Part shown: positions 49,114 through 64,000 of the stretch, piece by piece
Numbering within the stretch: the stretch's first letter is position 1
Layout of the letters: every line of letters starts with the position of its first letter
Assembly (NCBI GenBank): GCA_951406725.2
Contig: OX597816.1
Span: 104,160,001 to 104,224,000, forward strand
From: Octopus vulgaris
Taxonomy: Eukaryota
DNA length: 64,000 nucleotides
Direction of reading: 5' to 3'
Made by a program: the position numbers and the translations under genes
The notes under the pieces: generated by a model
What the model saw: the letters and a program-made list of their open reading frames with translations, nothing else
Told to the model about the DNA's origin: nothing
Database searches by the model: none

Positions 49114-50670
49114 TGTTCATTCTACTGTTCCGATATTTGATATAAAAATACTATTTTTATAGGACACGAATCAAAATTGTTTGTTGTATCATATGTATTG
49201 GTAGAAATAAGAGAAAAAATCGAGCCTGTACTAAATTTACGAGATGTCAATTAATGAAGTCTTACATTGGCGCTAAACCATAAATTTGTGAGGTATAGTG
49301 GTATAGTCGATTGAATCGACCCCGGCTCATGATAATTATTGATGTAATCGATCTCAGAGACATTCAAAATCAGAACATAGATAGTAGTACTAAATGTTGA
49401 AAAGCATATAACCCGACGTTTTGCTACTTTTCTCGCTCCACCTTTCCACTACTTTAATGTATTTCTCTTATTAAAAGTGCTAATACTTCCGAGTTAACGT
49501 AGATGATATTAATCACATAGGTGATATTAATAAAAAGGAAATTCTCAGTCTTATTCCACGTATAATGCCTTTTAACCCTTGAAATATTCAAAGATGTATA
49601 TAAACGTTCTGATGCTCATGCGATGTGCCTTGCACACGTCAAACTGATATCCCTTACCTCTAAGCAAACTACTGAGAACGGCTGAGATTTCAGCCAAAAG
49701 ATATACAATTTATGATAGAAGGAGGTAGAAAGTTGCGTTTATTACTTCATAAAGTTATTTTAAATGTAAAAGAGTGAATTATCTCAATGTTGAAATCTGT
49801 CCGCTAAATTCCTCAAACCAGTTCTAACCTCTAATATAAAACACTTGAATTTTCTCAATTTATCTCTTCAAACAGTCCCTTTCAGAAACTTGAAATCAAT
49901 AGAATAAATGATGAGCAACTTTATAACTTATATTTTCCAGCTTGAATGCTTCAAAAAAGAGAGAGCTTCCGATCATCATAGTGTAGAATGATCAAAGAGG
50001 AATTTCGATTGAACCATAAAGTTGCCTGGGAAATAATAATATGAAACAGCACCATGGTCAAACAACAAGCTTATAAGCTTGAAGGCAACTACAGAAAAGA
50101 AATAGTATTCGACACTTAATAGTAGTTCAGTACCAACTGATTGAGTTAACTGCTGAAGTGTTCATGTTATATGTACTATGATTTTCCCTGTTTTTGCTGA
50201 TTCATTTCAGCTACCTGCAAATGGATACCTGCATGGCAATAATACATAACTTTGAAAACTGTAGGTTTGCTGAATGAACATTTTTGTTGGTTTAACTTAT
50301 TAAACATACGCCTCCCTATAATAATAAGTTATAATTAAAATACTCAGACTTCCATCAAAATTACACGTGCTATCAACAAGCTGGTCTAAATTTATAATTC
50401 TTATAAAATCCCTCCATTGAGACCCAACTCTATCGGGTAAAGAACAGATGTGAAGTTTTATTTATCTGTTTATTATTTAAATGTTTTAAAGTAGTTTAGT
50501 ACTTCAACAGTTCTGAATTTATCATTTAAACTAAAACATAAATTCTGTATTGTCAATTGTCTTCATAACTGAAGATTTTAGATATTAGATATTAAATAAA
50601 TCATGTTAATCCAAGGTACTTATTTCTGACTAGAAATACATGCCCTGGGAGGAACTGATCAACAGTCATA

Positions 50671-51997
50671 TTGGGTTTGCAACTAAGTCCTCGCTGTTTT
50701 TTTTAAATTAAAATTTTTTTAAAAGAGTTAATAAAAAATAACTACTAATTAATTAATTATGTATTCACCCTTGTTGTTTACAACTTCTTCCCAATGTTCA
50801 ACAAGATTTTCAATACCTCGTTGGTAGAAATCTCCCGATTTCGACTCGAAAAATTGATCTAACGAAGCTCTCAATTCTGCATCAGTATCGAACGAATCTC
50901 CGCGCATAGCATTTGAAAGAGATCGAAAGAGGTGGAAATCCGTTGGTGCCAAATCAGGAAAGTACGGCGGTAATGGCATCACTTCCCAGCTATGCGTTTG
51001 AATGGCTTCCTTGGTCATATTGGCGATATGAGAGCGGGCGTTCTTGTGCAGTAGAAGAACTCCATGCTGCCGATTAGGTCTTTTCTCTCGAATAGCCGTG
51101 TTGAATCGTTCCATCTGTTGAACATAGAGTTCCGCGTTGACCGTTTGGTTCCGTTCAAGCAATTTGTAATGGATAATCCCTTCCCAGTCCCACAATACGC
51201 ACAACATCGTTTTACGTGGATGAAGATCGTGTTTCACGCGCGGTGTCGCTTGTTTACCGGGGCTAAGCCATTCCTTACGCTGCTTCATATTGATGTACAG
51301 GCCCCATTTCCCGCCGCCAGTAACGATTCGGTAAAAGAAATCGTTGCTTGTGTCCATGAGTTGAGCGGTGACGAGTAAGCAAACCAGCGGAGATTGTTAC
51401 TCGTTGATTTTTGTTGTTGTCACTTAAATCATGCGGAACCCAGGCCCCATACCTCTGAACGTTTCCCATCGAGTGAAAATGGTTCTCTATAGCAGTGTGG
51501 GAACATTTCATTTTTTCTGCCAGTTCCCTTGTCGTTTGACGAGAATTTTCATGCAAAAGATGGTATAATCGCTCTTCATCGAACTCAACTGGACGGCCGG
51601 AACGAGGTGCGTCTTTGAGGCCAAAATTACCATTTTTGAACTTGGCATACCAATTACGAGCGGTTCTTTCAGCTATGGCACCCTCTCCATACACAGCACA
51701 AATGTCGCGAGCAGCTTTTTCGGCCTTAGAACCACGATTAAAAGCAAAAAGAAGGAGGTGTCAAAAATGCTCGTTTCCCTTAACTTAACATTCCATTTTA
51801 GTGATCGGAAAATAAATAAAAATTAACTAAAATTAACTTGAATTAGCTTGAAAAAAAAAACAAAGAAAAACAAAATAGATTCCAAAACGATTCGAAAATA
51901 GAATTCTCGAAACAAAAAAATGGATTCCAAAATTTAAAAACGCAATAAATTCCAAAATTAAAAAAAAAAAACGGTGAGAACTTAGTTGCCAACCCAA
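50671..51997 (-). mobile_element. Full-length mariner transposon with TIRs and TA TSD; inactivated transposase (51796->50749)
   Basis: TA-TTGGGTTTGCAACTAAGTCCTCGCTGTTTT ... AAAACGGTGAGAACTTAGTTGCCAACCCAA-TA. Motifs RSGRPVEFD, WVPHDL, TGGGKW (D lost), LHKNARSH (D lost), YFPDLAPTDFHLF; two early stops and one frameshift. Confidence 0.95.
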
Positions 51998-52879
51998 TAT
52001 TATTCTAGTCAAAATAAACACCTCTCTGGTGCTGAAAAACGATGGTGATGAGACAGCAAATAGTAGAGCTACATAGACACGTGCATATTTCAGTATACTC
52101 AGAACTGCTTTCATTTTTACACGAATTCTCCACTGATAACTCGACATTGCCATTCAAATATACAAAACTGCCTGCAGGTTCAGCAAATCTTGCTGCTTAC
52201 ACTTTTTCACACCAATGAACATACACACCAACACACAGACACAGCAAGTAGAAACTCACGCAAGCCTACGTTTACACAAACATATATGTGTACACACATA
52301 AATATACATACACGCACTCAGACACACGCACACTCATGTATGTACAAATATAAACATAATATAAACACACATACTGACGCTCGTACGTACATATATTTAT
52401 TTATTCACACATATAATCAGATGAATAAATAGTAAATGCGTTATAAATCAGAAGTCTTCATGAGATCAAATAGTTTTTAGTATAGATGTTATCATCAAAG
52501 AGAAAACTCTTTTCTCCAATACGATGCCATTAAACCAGTGAAGAAATGTAAAATACATCCATTATCCTATAATACCATATCATAACATATTTTTTTCTAT
52601 TACCAATTTATTACGTTAGAAGCGTGTGGGTAGTTTCCGGATTTGTACTTGTAAGGCGTAATGAGTCGTACAGCATCAATTATATAGCTAATATGAATTT
52701 ACCCTATAATTGATGCAGTACGATTTATCATAACTTTAAAGCTTAGGGAATTCTTGGTTAAAACTAGCTTTTTATACTTAAAATGATGCTTTTTGTCATT
52801 GAAATAGTTCGGGTGAACATGAAATACAACTAGTCGATTTGACAATCTCCTTATTAATTGGATGCATTAAAAAAATCAT

Positions 52880-53296
52880 TTTATTGTTATTGAGTCAGGA
52901 GAGCACAGGCAATGCTCGTCTTATTTGGAAATCCCTTGAACTAGGTGTGATTCATACGGTTCAGTACAGATTTGGTTGGTTAAACATATTTGAGAAAATG
53001 TAAAGGAAAGTTAGGCGATTCTCAGTGGGTAAGTATTGCTTGTTAATTTCGTAGAGCACGTACCTTGCATTAGTGATGAATGTGGCAGGAAAAAGAAACC
53101 AGTGAACAATAGGAAAACCCAACTTATCAGTTCGGGAGTATTAAAAGTCATTTGAACTGCATTGTCATTTTTTAGTTACAAAAGGAAAAGGTATATATTT
53201 CGGAAGAAAGCAAGAAACCACTTGTCATACAAGCATTGCTGCTGTACATGCAATGAAACAATAACGAATGGATGTTTAATTTTATGTTCCCCTCTT

Positions 53297-53342
<46 letters not shown>

Positions 53343-53500
53343 CAAAACGAAACAAAGCAAAAGCAATAACGTCATTCGATCTTAGTTTGAGCTTCTCAGA
53401 TCGGTGAATATCCTCTTTGTTTAACATCCTATCGTCTGGAATCATCTTGTAGCAGAAGTCTGCTTCGTCACAGTTGTACACATACCTTTCTCATAATCAC
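52880..53500 (-). mobile_element. Tigger/pogo (DDE_1) transposase relic interrupted by (CA)n
   Basis: VYNCDEADFCYKMIPD resembles the pogo NxDETGLxYKxLP motif; left boundary approximate. Confidence 0.6.
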
Positions 53501-55117
53501 TATAGCGCTTCCATTCCGTGTATATATATACATGTATGTATGTACATACCCTCACCTACAAACAATTTTTTAATACATCTAAGTGACATATTTATCGCTG
53601 ACCAGGGTCAGGATGAATCAGCTAGTCACTGCAACGCTTTAAACCTTCCTATATTCACAACTGAGACGTTACACTACAAATGTATTGTATTCTGATTGCT
53701 TCGAAGTTGACATGTCATGAGCACACCTTTACATTTCCCCGCAGCTCACGTGCACTCTCACGGGTTGGTCGCTAATTAATTTTACAGCTTTGCTATTACC
53801 TACAGAAATATTATACTCTAGACTGTGGTACATAATCACAGATAAAAGGCATATATTATCTACTTGCTTACCATTTTGGCCAAAAATGAAACTCCGTGCC
53901 GGTTGCTCTGTATTTTATGGACTTATCTTGTTTAAAATTCACAATGTTAGGTGAGTGATAGATTTCATAATTTTATCCGAAGGAGCATTGAAACTTTCGC
54001 CTTCATATAATTCAATTTAGTTGAAAGAACCTGGAATATTTCCTCCTATCCACAGGAAGAGTCGAGCATAGCGAAATATATCACGAAATTTGTAATGCGG
54101 CTGCTAATTAGAATAAGTAATTGCATTCCAACTTTTGCTGACTATATATAAAAGGTGATTTACATTATTCAAATATTAAGGGTCTTGGCTACAGGCGCAA
54201 CACAACATTGGTGATATAAAACACGCAACATGAAGGAATCTCTACGTGGTCTTTCGATCTGTTAGAAACAGCAGTACATTTCCCTCAGTTCAAAAAATTA
54301 TGATCAATTATAAGTCCACTCGGTCAGCGCTGACTTGGGGCTAAACATCAATATCACCACAGATATTTCGGTTGGTTCTCCACTACCGCTATCTCGTTTC
54401 TATTCGGTTATCTGGACTCCTTAGAAACTAATATTAGACGTCTCATAATGCGAAGAATCCACTATGACGCTGTACGGATGACCTCAGTCGTGTATTTCTA
54501 TATAAAGAAGAAATAAAAAAAAAAACTTGGACACATTCAAAAGAAAAAAAATACAATATAAGAATAGTAAATTTGAAATAGAATTTAATATAATTTTAAA
54601 GGAAAATAAATTACTTTAATGAATTCTGAAAACGAACGTGTCCTTTTTTAATTTCGATCTTTATTGAAAATGAAAAATATATAATTTCTTTTTAATTTTA
54701 GCATAGCAAAAATAATTATTACAAGAAACTTTTAAAGAAAAATTTATGTCATTAATTTTTTTTGCAAGGATTTTTTTCTGATAAAAGTGCAGGACTAGGG
54801 GAACCATTTGAGCGGCAGATAAAATAGCTTGCTCTATTTAGTCTCATTAAGTCCGTATTTCTAATCCTACAGATTTGCTTTTATCATTCGTCACGGTCAA
54901 CAAGCAAAGTACCAGATTAAACTTCAGTGAAAAAATGCTCGATGTTCTGACTAACACAGCGTGCTGGAAGAATCGTTAGCATGCTGGACAAAATGCTTAG
55001 TACCATTTCGTTTGTCTTCGCTGAGGTCGACTTTACCTTTCATACTTTCGAAGTCGATAAAATAAGTACCAGCTGAGCACTGAAGTCGGAATAGGTCCAG
55101 TTTTATCCCTACATATA

Positions 55118-55330
55118 CGAGAGGGTATTGAAAACTTCTTGGCTGCGAGTGCAAGAAAATACAGGAGGAACAGTTAATTATAATTTTATTCAACATATTC
55201 CCCTCTCACATTCACACTTTTTGCAGTGGTCTTTCATTTTTTCTAAGCTGTGTAAAAGAACTTGGAAGTTTGGGCCTCCAATCAGGCCTTCCGTATACCG
55301 TAAAGCCAGGAACTTTTCAGCACCCCTTCG
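55118..55330. mobile_element. mariner-type MITE
   Basis: TA-CGAGAGGGTATTGAAAACTTCTTGGCT ... AGCCAGGAACTTTTCAGCACCCCTTCG inverted termini. Confidence 0.75.
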
Positions 55331-55344
55331 TGTGTGTATATATA

Positions 55345-56046
<702 letters not shown>

Positions 56047-56157
56047 GAAGGGGTGCTGAAAACATCCTGGCTTTACGGTATACGGAAGGCCCTACTTGGA
56101 AGCCAAAACTTCCAAGTTCTTTTAAAGAGCTTAGAAAGACTGAAAGACCACTGCAAT
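56047..56157 (-). mobile_element. Inverted copy of the right half of the 55118-55330 MITE
   Basis: CGAAGGGGTGCTGAAAA...CTTTACGGTATACGGAAGGCC...GAAAGACCACTGCAA is the reverse complement of ~55220-55330. Confidence 0.85.
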
Positions 56158-56213
<56 letters not shown>

Positions 56214-56263
56214 TATATATAAGGTGAAGAACACAAAAATGGGTGAAGTAGTAGTAATAGTAG

Positions 56264-56360
<97 letters not shown>

Positions 56361-56629
56361 GAATAGACTTACGAAACCTAAGTAGAAAGTGGACGTGAAG
56401 AGAACAAGAGTTATATACGTGAAAGACCCGAACATGACTGAATGTAAATTTCTGAAGAAATTAAATGAAACCAATCAGTGATTTCAATTAGCTACTCCTG
56501 ATATCATTATAAGTTACGTATATATACACATACACATTCGTATGAATATACTACAGGTGTATATAGTTATGTATATGTGTTAGTGTGTTTGTGTGACAAA
56601 GTGAGTATATACATACATAGATACATATA

Positions 56630-56688
<59 letters not shown>

Positions 56689-56871
56689 TTGTGTGTATGT
56701 GTGCGTGTGAGGGCACGGGAGAGAAGGAATTGATTATTTTTATGAAGAAAACACTTTTGCGTTAATAACAGCTTTCTACTATATAAAGCTTTTAGCCCTA
56801 ATCAATCCTATAACGAAAAAATGAAAGACAAATATGAAGCCGCCCGCCCTACGACATTCGTCTCTATGACG

Positions 56872-56904
<33 letters not shown>

Positions 56905-56988
56905 TATTCATGTATCTATGTGTGCATACATGTATAATTAACTGTGTTATATATAATATATTCATATTTGTGTTTATATGTTGTGTGG

Positions 56989-57038
<50 letters not shown>

Positions 57039-57089
57039 TTACATATATATATACACACATATATATATATATATATATGTATGTATATG

Positions 57090-57121
<32 letters not shown>

Positions 57122-57803
57122 ATATATATATATGTTATATATATATATGTTTTATATATATATATTATATATATATATATATAGAAAGATAGATAGATTC
57201 ACACATACACACGCACATACACACGCACGTACGCACATATGAAGGTTTCATAACAGCATTTAACTAGGGTTAGAAGAGATATATTAGTTAATACTGTCAT
57301 ATCTTCTAATGTTTATTATATGAATTTTATCCAAGAAATATTGTAGTGCACTGCTATAATACATATAGAAATGCGCATGCATGAAGGCGTGGCTGCAGCT
57401 TGTCCTTGACCAGCATGGCTAAAATGAAATAAAGAACTACAAAAAGAGCATATAATCCAATGTTGATGACCATGGGTAGTACAGATGCATTTCAAGAATA
57501 AGTTTGAAGAAGACGTGTTTGCTTTCTACTTCTATGGATTATATCGCACATTTGTTATCAGTCGATAAAATATATTATACACTGGCAAAAAAAGAGATTA
57601 ACAAACAATACTTTATGTGATATTTAACTACAATTGTTTACTGTTATTTGAAGTTCAACTCCAACTCTGTCACTTATTTTTCATACGTCAAGCGGTACGA
57701 TTGCATTAACTACCATTCGTGTCCTTGCTTGTTTGTGCATTACTTCGTGCGTGCAAGCATATACGAACACACACACACACACACACACATGTGTACGTGT
57801 GTG

Positions 57804-57842
<39 letters not shown>

Positions 57843-57859
57843 GCATATATACATTTATA

Positions 57860-57903
<44 letters not shown>

Positions 57904-58049
57904 CATATACGTACATACACACACAAACACACACATAGATATACAGGCTCCAAAAAGATGCAGATGAAAAACGATACTGTTTTAACAGTAAGGAGGAGGC
58001 AAACAGATGATTAAATATGAAGTTGGACAAAAAAAAAGGTAGAAAAATG

Positions 58050-58711
<662 letters not shown>

Positions 58712-58751
58712 ATATATATATGATATATATATGTATATATATATATATGAC

Positions 58752-58799
<48 letters not shown>

Positions 58800-58807
58800 T
58801 ATATATA

Positions 58808-58865
<58 letters not shown>

Positions 58866-58888
58866 GTATATATGATATATATATATGA

Positions 58889-58919
<31 letters not shown>

Positions 58920-59781
58920 GAGAAGAAGAGAAAAGTGAATAATAAAAGTTTGAGAATGGGAGCATCTTTGTGAGAGAAAGAGAGCGAGAAAAAGAGAAAA
59001 AACGAGAAAGACAGGAGAAAAAGAGAAAGAGGGAGAGAGATACAGAAAATGAAGGAACTAGCGAGTGAGCGAGAGATGAAGAGAAAAGAAATTGAGTGTT
59101 TAAGAAGATGAACTACCGTTGTAAAAGTGTAATGTGTAATATAATAAGAACGAGTGTGAGAGAACGATAATGTTATACGAATACGACAACTATGAAGCAC
59201 AATCATTCCGTTTCAGTCCATAACATTACTATTGGCATTATGTTTATCCAAATATTTAAATAATGGATAATTTTTCCTCCTTTCATTCATGGATTCGATT
59301 TTTCACTTAACCATTATTTTGACACACATACACACACTGATGCAGGCACATACACATGTACTTCTCTTGCAAACACATAGATGCATATACATACATATAT
59401 ACACTCATACAAACCCTCAGACGCATATATGTATATATACCCTAATGCAACCCCCCAGACATATATATGGATATATATATATATATATGCATGCGTGCAT
59501 GTAAGTATATACATGTACATATATACACACACACATATATATATGCATGCATATATACATATACACACACACATATGTATATATATTTGTGTGTACGTGT
59601 GTGTGCTTGTTTGTGTGTGGATACTGAAAATGCAAAGAATGGAGACATTTCTGTTGGATACCTCGAGGGGATATTTCGTTATATTTTGTCATAACCGTGC
59701 AGCTAACGAGGTTGTTTGTCATGCTTCTTTACAAATGTTCGCTTGCAAATCCTTCAGCTGACCTAGGACGGTTGCTATTAA

Positions 59782-59829
<48 letters not shown>

Positions 59830-60489
59830 CAGAACAACAACAAAACAAAAGCAACAACAGCAGCAATAACCAGAACAACAAGAGCAACAACAACATTGAC
59901 AACAACCACCGCATACATATAGACGTATGCAGATATGTATTATTTCGCTACTTTTTCCGAGTTGACATTTTTATTTTTCATTCAGCCGTTTACTTCTAGA
60001 GAGAAAAATAGTTGAGTTCTTTGAAAAGTGTGATCATTATTTAGAATTGCATGATGTATAGACTTTAGCAACAGGTTGAAATGGAAATGATTTTGTTTGA
60101 GATGAGAGTAGAGAGAGCATAAAGGTCAACATGAGTAGTAGAATAGAGGAAAATAAATAGAGAGATAAATAAAATAAGGAAAGAAAGACATAAAACCCCA
60201 AACGAAAACAAAACAAACATGGCGACAATAGAAACAAGACATTAGTAATTTATTAGTACAGTATAAAGAAGATTTTGCTCGTCCTTCTTCTCCAGAGTTT
60301 TCCCCTGCTTACCTCTTCTTGATGTTTCATTGTGAGATGATGGTTAAATGTCCTGTCGAACGAATAAAGTAGAGCTAATGAGGGTGACATTTAGCGTTTA
60401 CCATTTGACAACAACTAAGACACAACAACGACAGCAACAGTAACAACGGTCTACTAATACATCGCTTCCTTCTCTTCTACATACTACTG

Positions 60490-60543
<54 letters not shown>

Positions 60544-61059
60544 GATGATCACGACAAAAAAACAACAACACGTGCTCTGCTCCAATGTTGTCGGTAAATC
60601 AAACCAATGGCTCAGTATAAACACTAGATTAACACTAGTTTCGATTTTTGTGAATATAGTGTCTAGCTACTGTAATAAAAAAAATTATTAGTTAGAAGTA
60701 TTAGAATACTGGTACATGGATTTGAAGTTCAAATTTGCTGCGGGTACTGTTTTGATCTGTTCGTACAAAAGAAATTTTTTTTTTTGAAATAAGATTATAT
60801 TGTTTCAGGTATGCTCCCGCATCATGGGCATAATAAGTTACAAACTGATTAGGAGAACACGTCGAACACAATAGAACAGATCACTCGTTAGGACCAAGAA
60901 ACAAAAGCAAAACAACTTACTCTATCTCATGAGTGTGTAGAATAAACAACTAAAAGCGATCAAACAAAAGAACAACAGTGAATGGATCTTCCGGTGGATT
61001 AAACGATATATATTCAACTATTCGATTAATAGAATTACTTATTAAATTATTTATACAAT

Positions 61060-62202
61060 ATGGCGAATAGAACACAACATGTTGTAGTTGATGGAGTCCA
61101 CTCAAGCCCAGCAAAAGTCACCAGCGGTGTCCCCCAGGGGACTGTCTTGGGTCCGCTACTCTTCATAACTTACATAAACGACCTTTCCAGTGTCGTACAT
61201 TACTGCAAAGTGAAAATATTTGCTGATGACACTAAGCTCCAGCAAATCGTCAATGAAGAAGCAGACCGAACTCAACTCCAGTCGGATCTATATGCTGTGA
61301 GTCAATGGGCAGACTGAAACAAAATGCAACTGAATGAGGGAAAATTTGAGCTGATGAATTTTGGAAGAAATTCCTCACTAAAACAGCCATACTCTCTTCC
61401 TTCAGGGGAACCGCTCACAGCCTCTAACAATATCAGAGACCTGGGTGTAATTGTTGATGACGATCTCAGTTGGAATGCACACATCAACAAGAAGGTCGAT
61501 ATAGCTCGTAGGATAAGTTCCTGGATCTTAAGAACTTTCCGGTCCAGAGAACAAGGTGTCATCATACCACTTTTCTCCTCCTTTGTACGGCCACACCTCG
61601 AATACTGCTGCCCACTGTGGTCTCCCCATACAAGACAAAACATCTCGAGGATTGAGTCACCCCAGAGGGCACTCACTAAACGAATTGAAGGCATGGTTGC
61701 TCTCGATTATTGGGATCGCCTTAAAGCCTTGAAACTTTACTCTCTCCAGCGTCGCCGTGAGCGGTACATCATTTGTACGATGTGGAGAATTTACCGCCAA
61801 CTTTGCCCAAACGACCTGAACATTAGCTTCAAGGTTCATCCAAGACTGGGACCACGGGCCATACGTCCCCTGCACAATTCAAGATCACAGCATACATGTA
61901 CACTGCAACATAATTTCTTTTCCTCAACAGGCCTTGCCCTATTTAACATTGTCCCGAAAGAGATCAAAGAGGAAAAGGATCCCATCAACTTTAAACGGAG
62001 TCTGGATAGATTCCTTCAAAGAATACCAAATAAGCCACCCATAATTGGATACAACTCACCCAACAAGAACTCACTACTTGAATGGACCATTAACAAAACT
62101 TGACTTAAACAGGATTCGAATAATCCTATCAGGTGGTGCTATTAAGTTAGACATGGCCTGGATCAATCTTTGGTCGAAACATATCTAAGTTTATCTACGT
62201 TT
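61060..62202 (+). mobile_element. CR1-group LINE, 5'-truncated; RT C-terminal half with one nonsense codon (61315-61317)
   Basis: SGVPQGTVLGPLLFITYINDL, FADDTKL, RDLGVIVD, VRPHLEYCCPLWSP, LYSLQRRRER; stop at 62103; short 3' UTR ending in (ATCTAmGTTT)2. Confidence 0.93.
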
Positions 62203-62396
62203 ATATATATATATATGAATTAAATGTTTATAAATTCCATCCTAGGATTATTGTTATTATCATTATATTTATCCTACATTATATCGGTATAACTTAATAT
62301 ATGCCCGAAAAACTGACTCACTACTCAGCATCATTAGATGGTGGCCAGGATAAGGAATAGAAGCATAATTAAAACGCTACCATAAACAAATTTAAA

Positions 62397-62432
<36 letters not shown>

Positions 62433-62630
62433 GAGTGAGTGGACAAACGAAAGTAAGGTACTCGACACTCAACTCAGTTATTGGGAGTTACATGTATGGG
62501 TCAAAACAGTTTAATTCGAATTCGTTGGTACTCCGAGTTTCGTGCGTGATATTAATCCTCAGCCATTGGGAATTTGAATGGTTGAGGATTAACATCACGC
62601 TGGAAACTCAGGGTATCAAACTATTTTGAC

Positions 62631-62721
<91 letters not shown>

Positions 62722-63670
62722 CATATGTGTGTGTGTGCTTGTGTGTGTGTGCGTGTATAAAATTGAATTAGCCACAGACGCTTACCTCCTTAATGTATTC
62801 ATCATCCGAAAATCAGTGCTATGCAGTGCTAGACGGCTGGGCCTTTGGTATGCAGATGCAGTTCATTCATCGGACATCCACTCAGATTTCGTTCGTCAAA
62901 TTTTACTTTCAAAAGCTTTGTGGTAGCCAAACACTATGCTAGATGACATGTGTCTAATGTTTTGTGCAATTGGATTGAATTTAAGGTTTCGTAATACCCA
63001 AAATCAACTACTTACCTGCTTGACCATATGTGTCCGGGGCGAATTAAGCACATACACCTAAGCAGACATGCAAATACGTTCACGTAGTCCTGCTCTAATT
63101 CGTGTTATACGAAGAAGATGGCTATCGTATGTAAAAATACTAACTCTAAAGACTATATAGAAAGTTCTTTAGGAGTTTCATATAACCAATAACAATGACA
63201 ATGAATGAATCATACATCGTGGCAACTTCACAAATAAAGCATGTAAAGACACAGAACAACGCAAATATAGACGCAAAAGGCAAATAGAAAATCTAGCAAA
63301 ACCGGATGCAGTTATGCAATTGACCAGTAGTAAGAGAACGATTATTAAACTAGTCATGGAAAACGATAACTATAGACAAAAGAACTAATTTGATCGCAAA
63401 ATAAAGAAGACAATTCTTATTTGAGATGGCAGAGGTGTTACAGTTAAGTAGTGAAAAGAGAATTTATTAAATAGGCAGAATAGTCTATAACATGCATCCA
63501 GTACATTCATCCAGTTTTCATTCACAAACCATATCCTTGAAATGTAGATATATGTATATGTACTTACATATACCTACACACATACTTAAATAAACACGTA
63601 CACACACACATGTATGCATTACATATGTGTATGTGTGTGGGTGTATGTGTGCATGTTTCACATATAAATT

Positions 63671-63715
<45 letters not shown>

Positions 63716-63717
<2 letters not shown>

Positions 63718-63904
63718 TTCTTTACTACCCACAAGGGGCTAAACATAGAGGGAACAAACAAGGACAGACAAAGGGATTAAGTCGATTATATCGACCCCAC
63801 TGCGAAACTGGTACTTTATTTATCGACCGCGAAAGGATGAAAGACAAAGTCGACCTCGGCGGAATTTGAACTCAGAACATAACGTTTCTGCCAGCTCGTC
63901 GCCT
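63716..63904 (-). mobile_element. SINE family 1 with Tx1/L1-type tail (internal deletion in the head)
   Basis: Tail TATGTTTAGCCCCTTGTGGGTAGTAAAGAAAT; core as at 8441-8670. Confidence 0.9.
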
Positions 63905-64000
63905 ATACACACACATATATATACGTGTATATATTTGTACTTATGTATGTATGTATGTATGTATGTATGTATGTATGTATGTATGTATGTATGTATGTAT

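Noticed and set aside
50749-51796. Possible active or domesticated (SETMAR-like) mariner transposase
   Set aside because: Two early stops, a frameshift and loss of two catalytic Asp residues; TIRs intact and no SET-domain exon seen.
62432-62628. Insert between (TA)n and (TATC)n starting TACGAG, mariner-TIR-like
   Set aside because: No matching opposite TIR or coding remnant identified.

Overview
AT-rich, microsatellite-dense eukaryotic DNA that is almost entirely repeat-derived. The SINE families and simple-repeat load look like an Octopus (coleoid cephalopod) genome; that is my recognition, not a database result. No intact host protein-coding gene can be supported, and most ORF-track entries are translations of (TA)n, (CA)n, (GA)n or trinucleotide arrays. 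Recognisable content: decayed Tc1/mariner and pogo DNA transposons and MITEs, Helitron pieces (one with a Rep fragment), a 5'-truncated Tx1/L1-clade LINE, a CR1-group LINE, R4/Dong-like relics, a Penelope GIY-YIG fragment and many tRNA-type SINEs. Two systems stand out. (1) The Tx1/L1 LINE, an adjacent element encoding only a Gag-like zinc-knuckle ORF1, and one SINE subfamily all end in the same ~35-nt 3' tail containing a small GCCC-CUUGU-GGGU stem-loop, suggesting one reverse transcriptase mobilising two kinds of non-autonomous passenger. (2) Three different non-coding elements sitting in (TA)n tracts carry four type I hammerhead ribozyme motifs with palindromic minimal stem III. Two of these elements have a tandem-plus-inverted layout typical of Penelope pseudo-LTRs or retrozymes. 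Boundaries of degraded elements are approximate.
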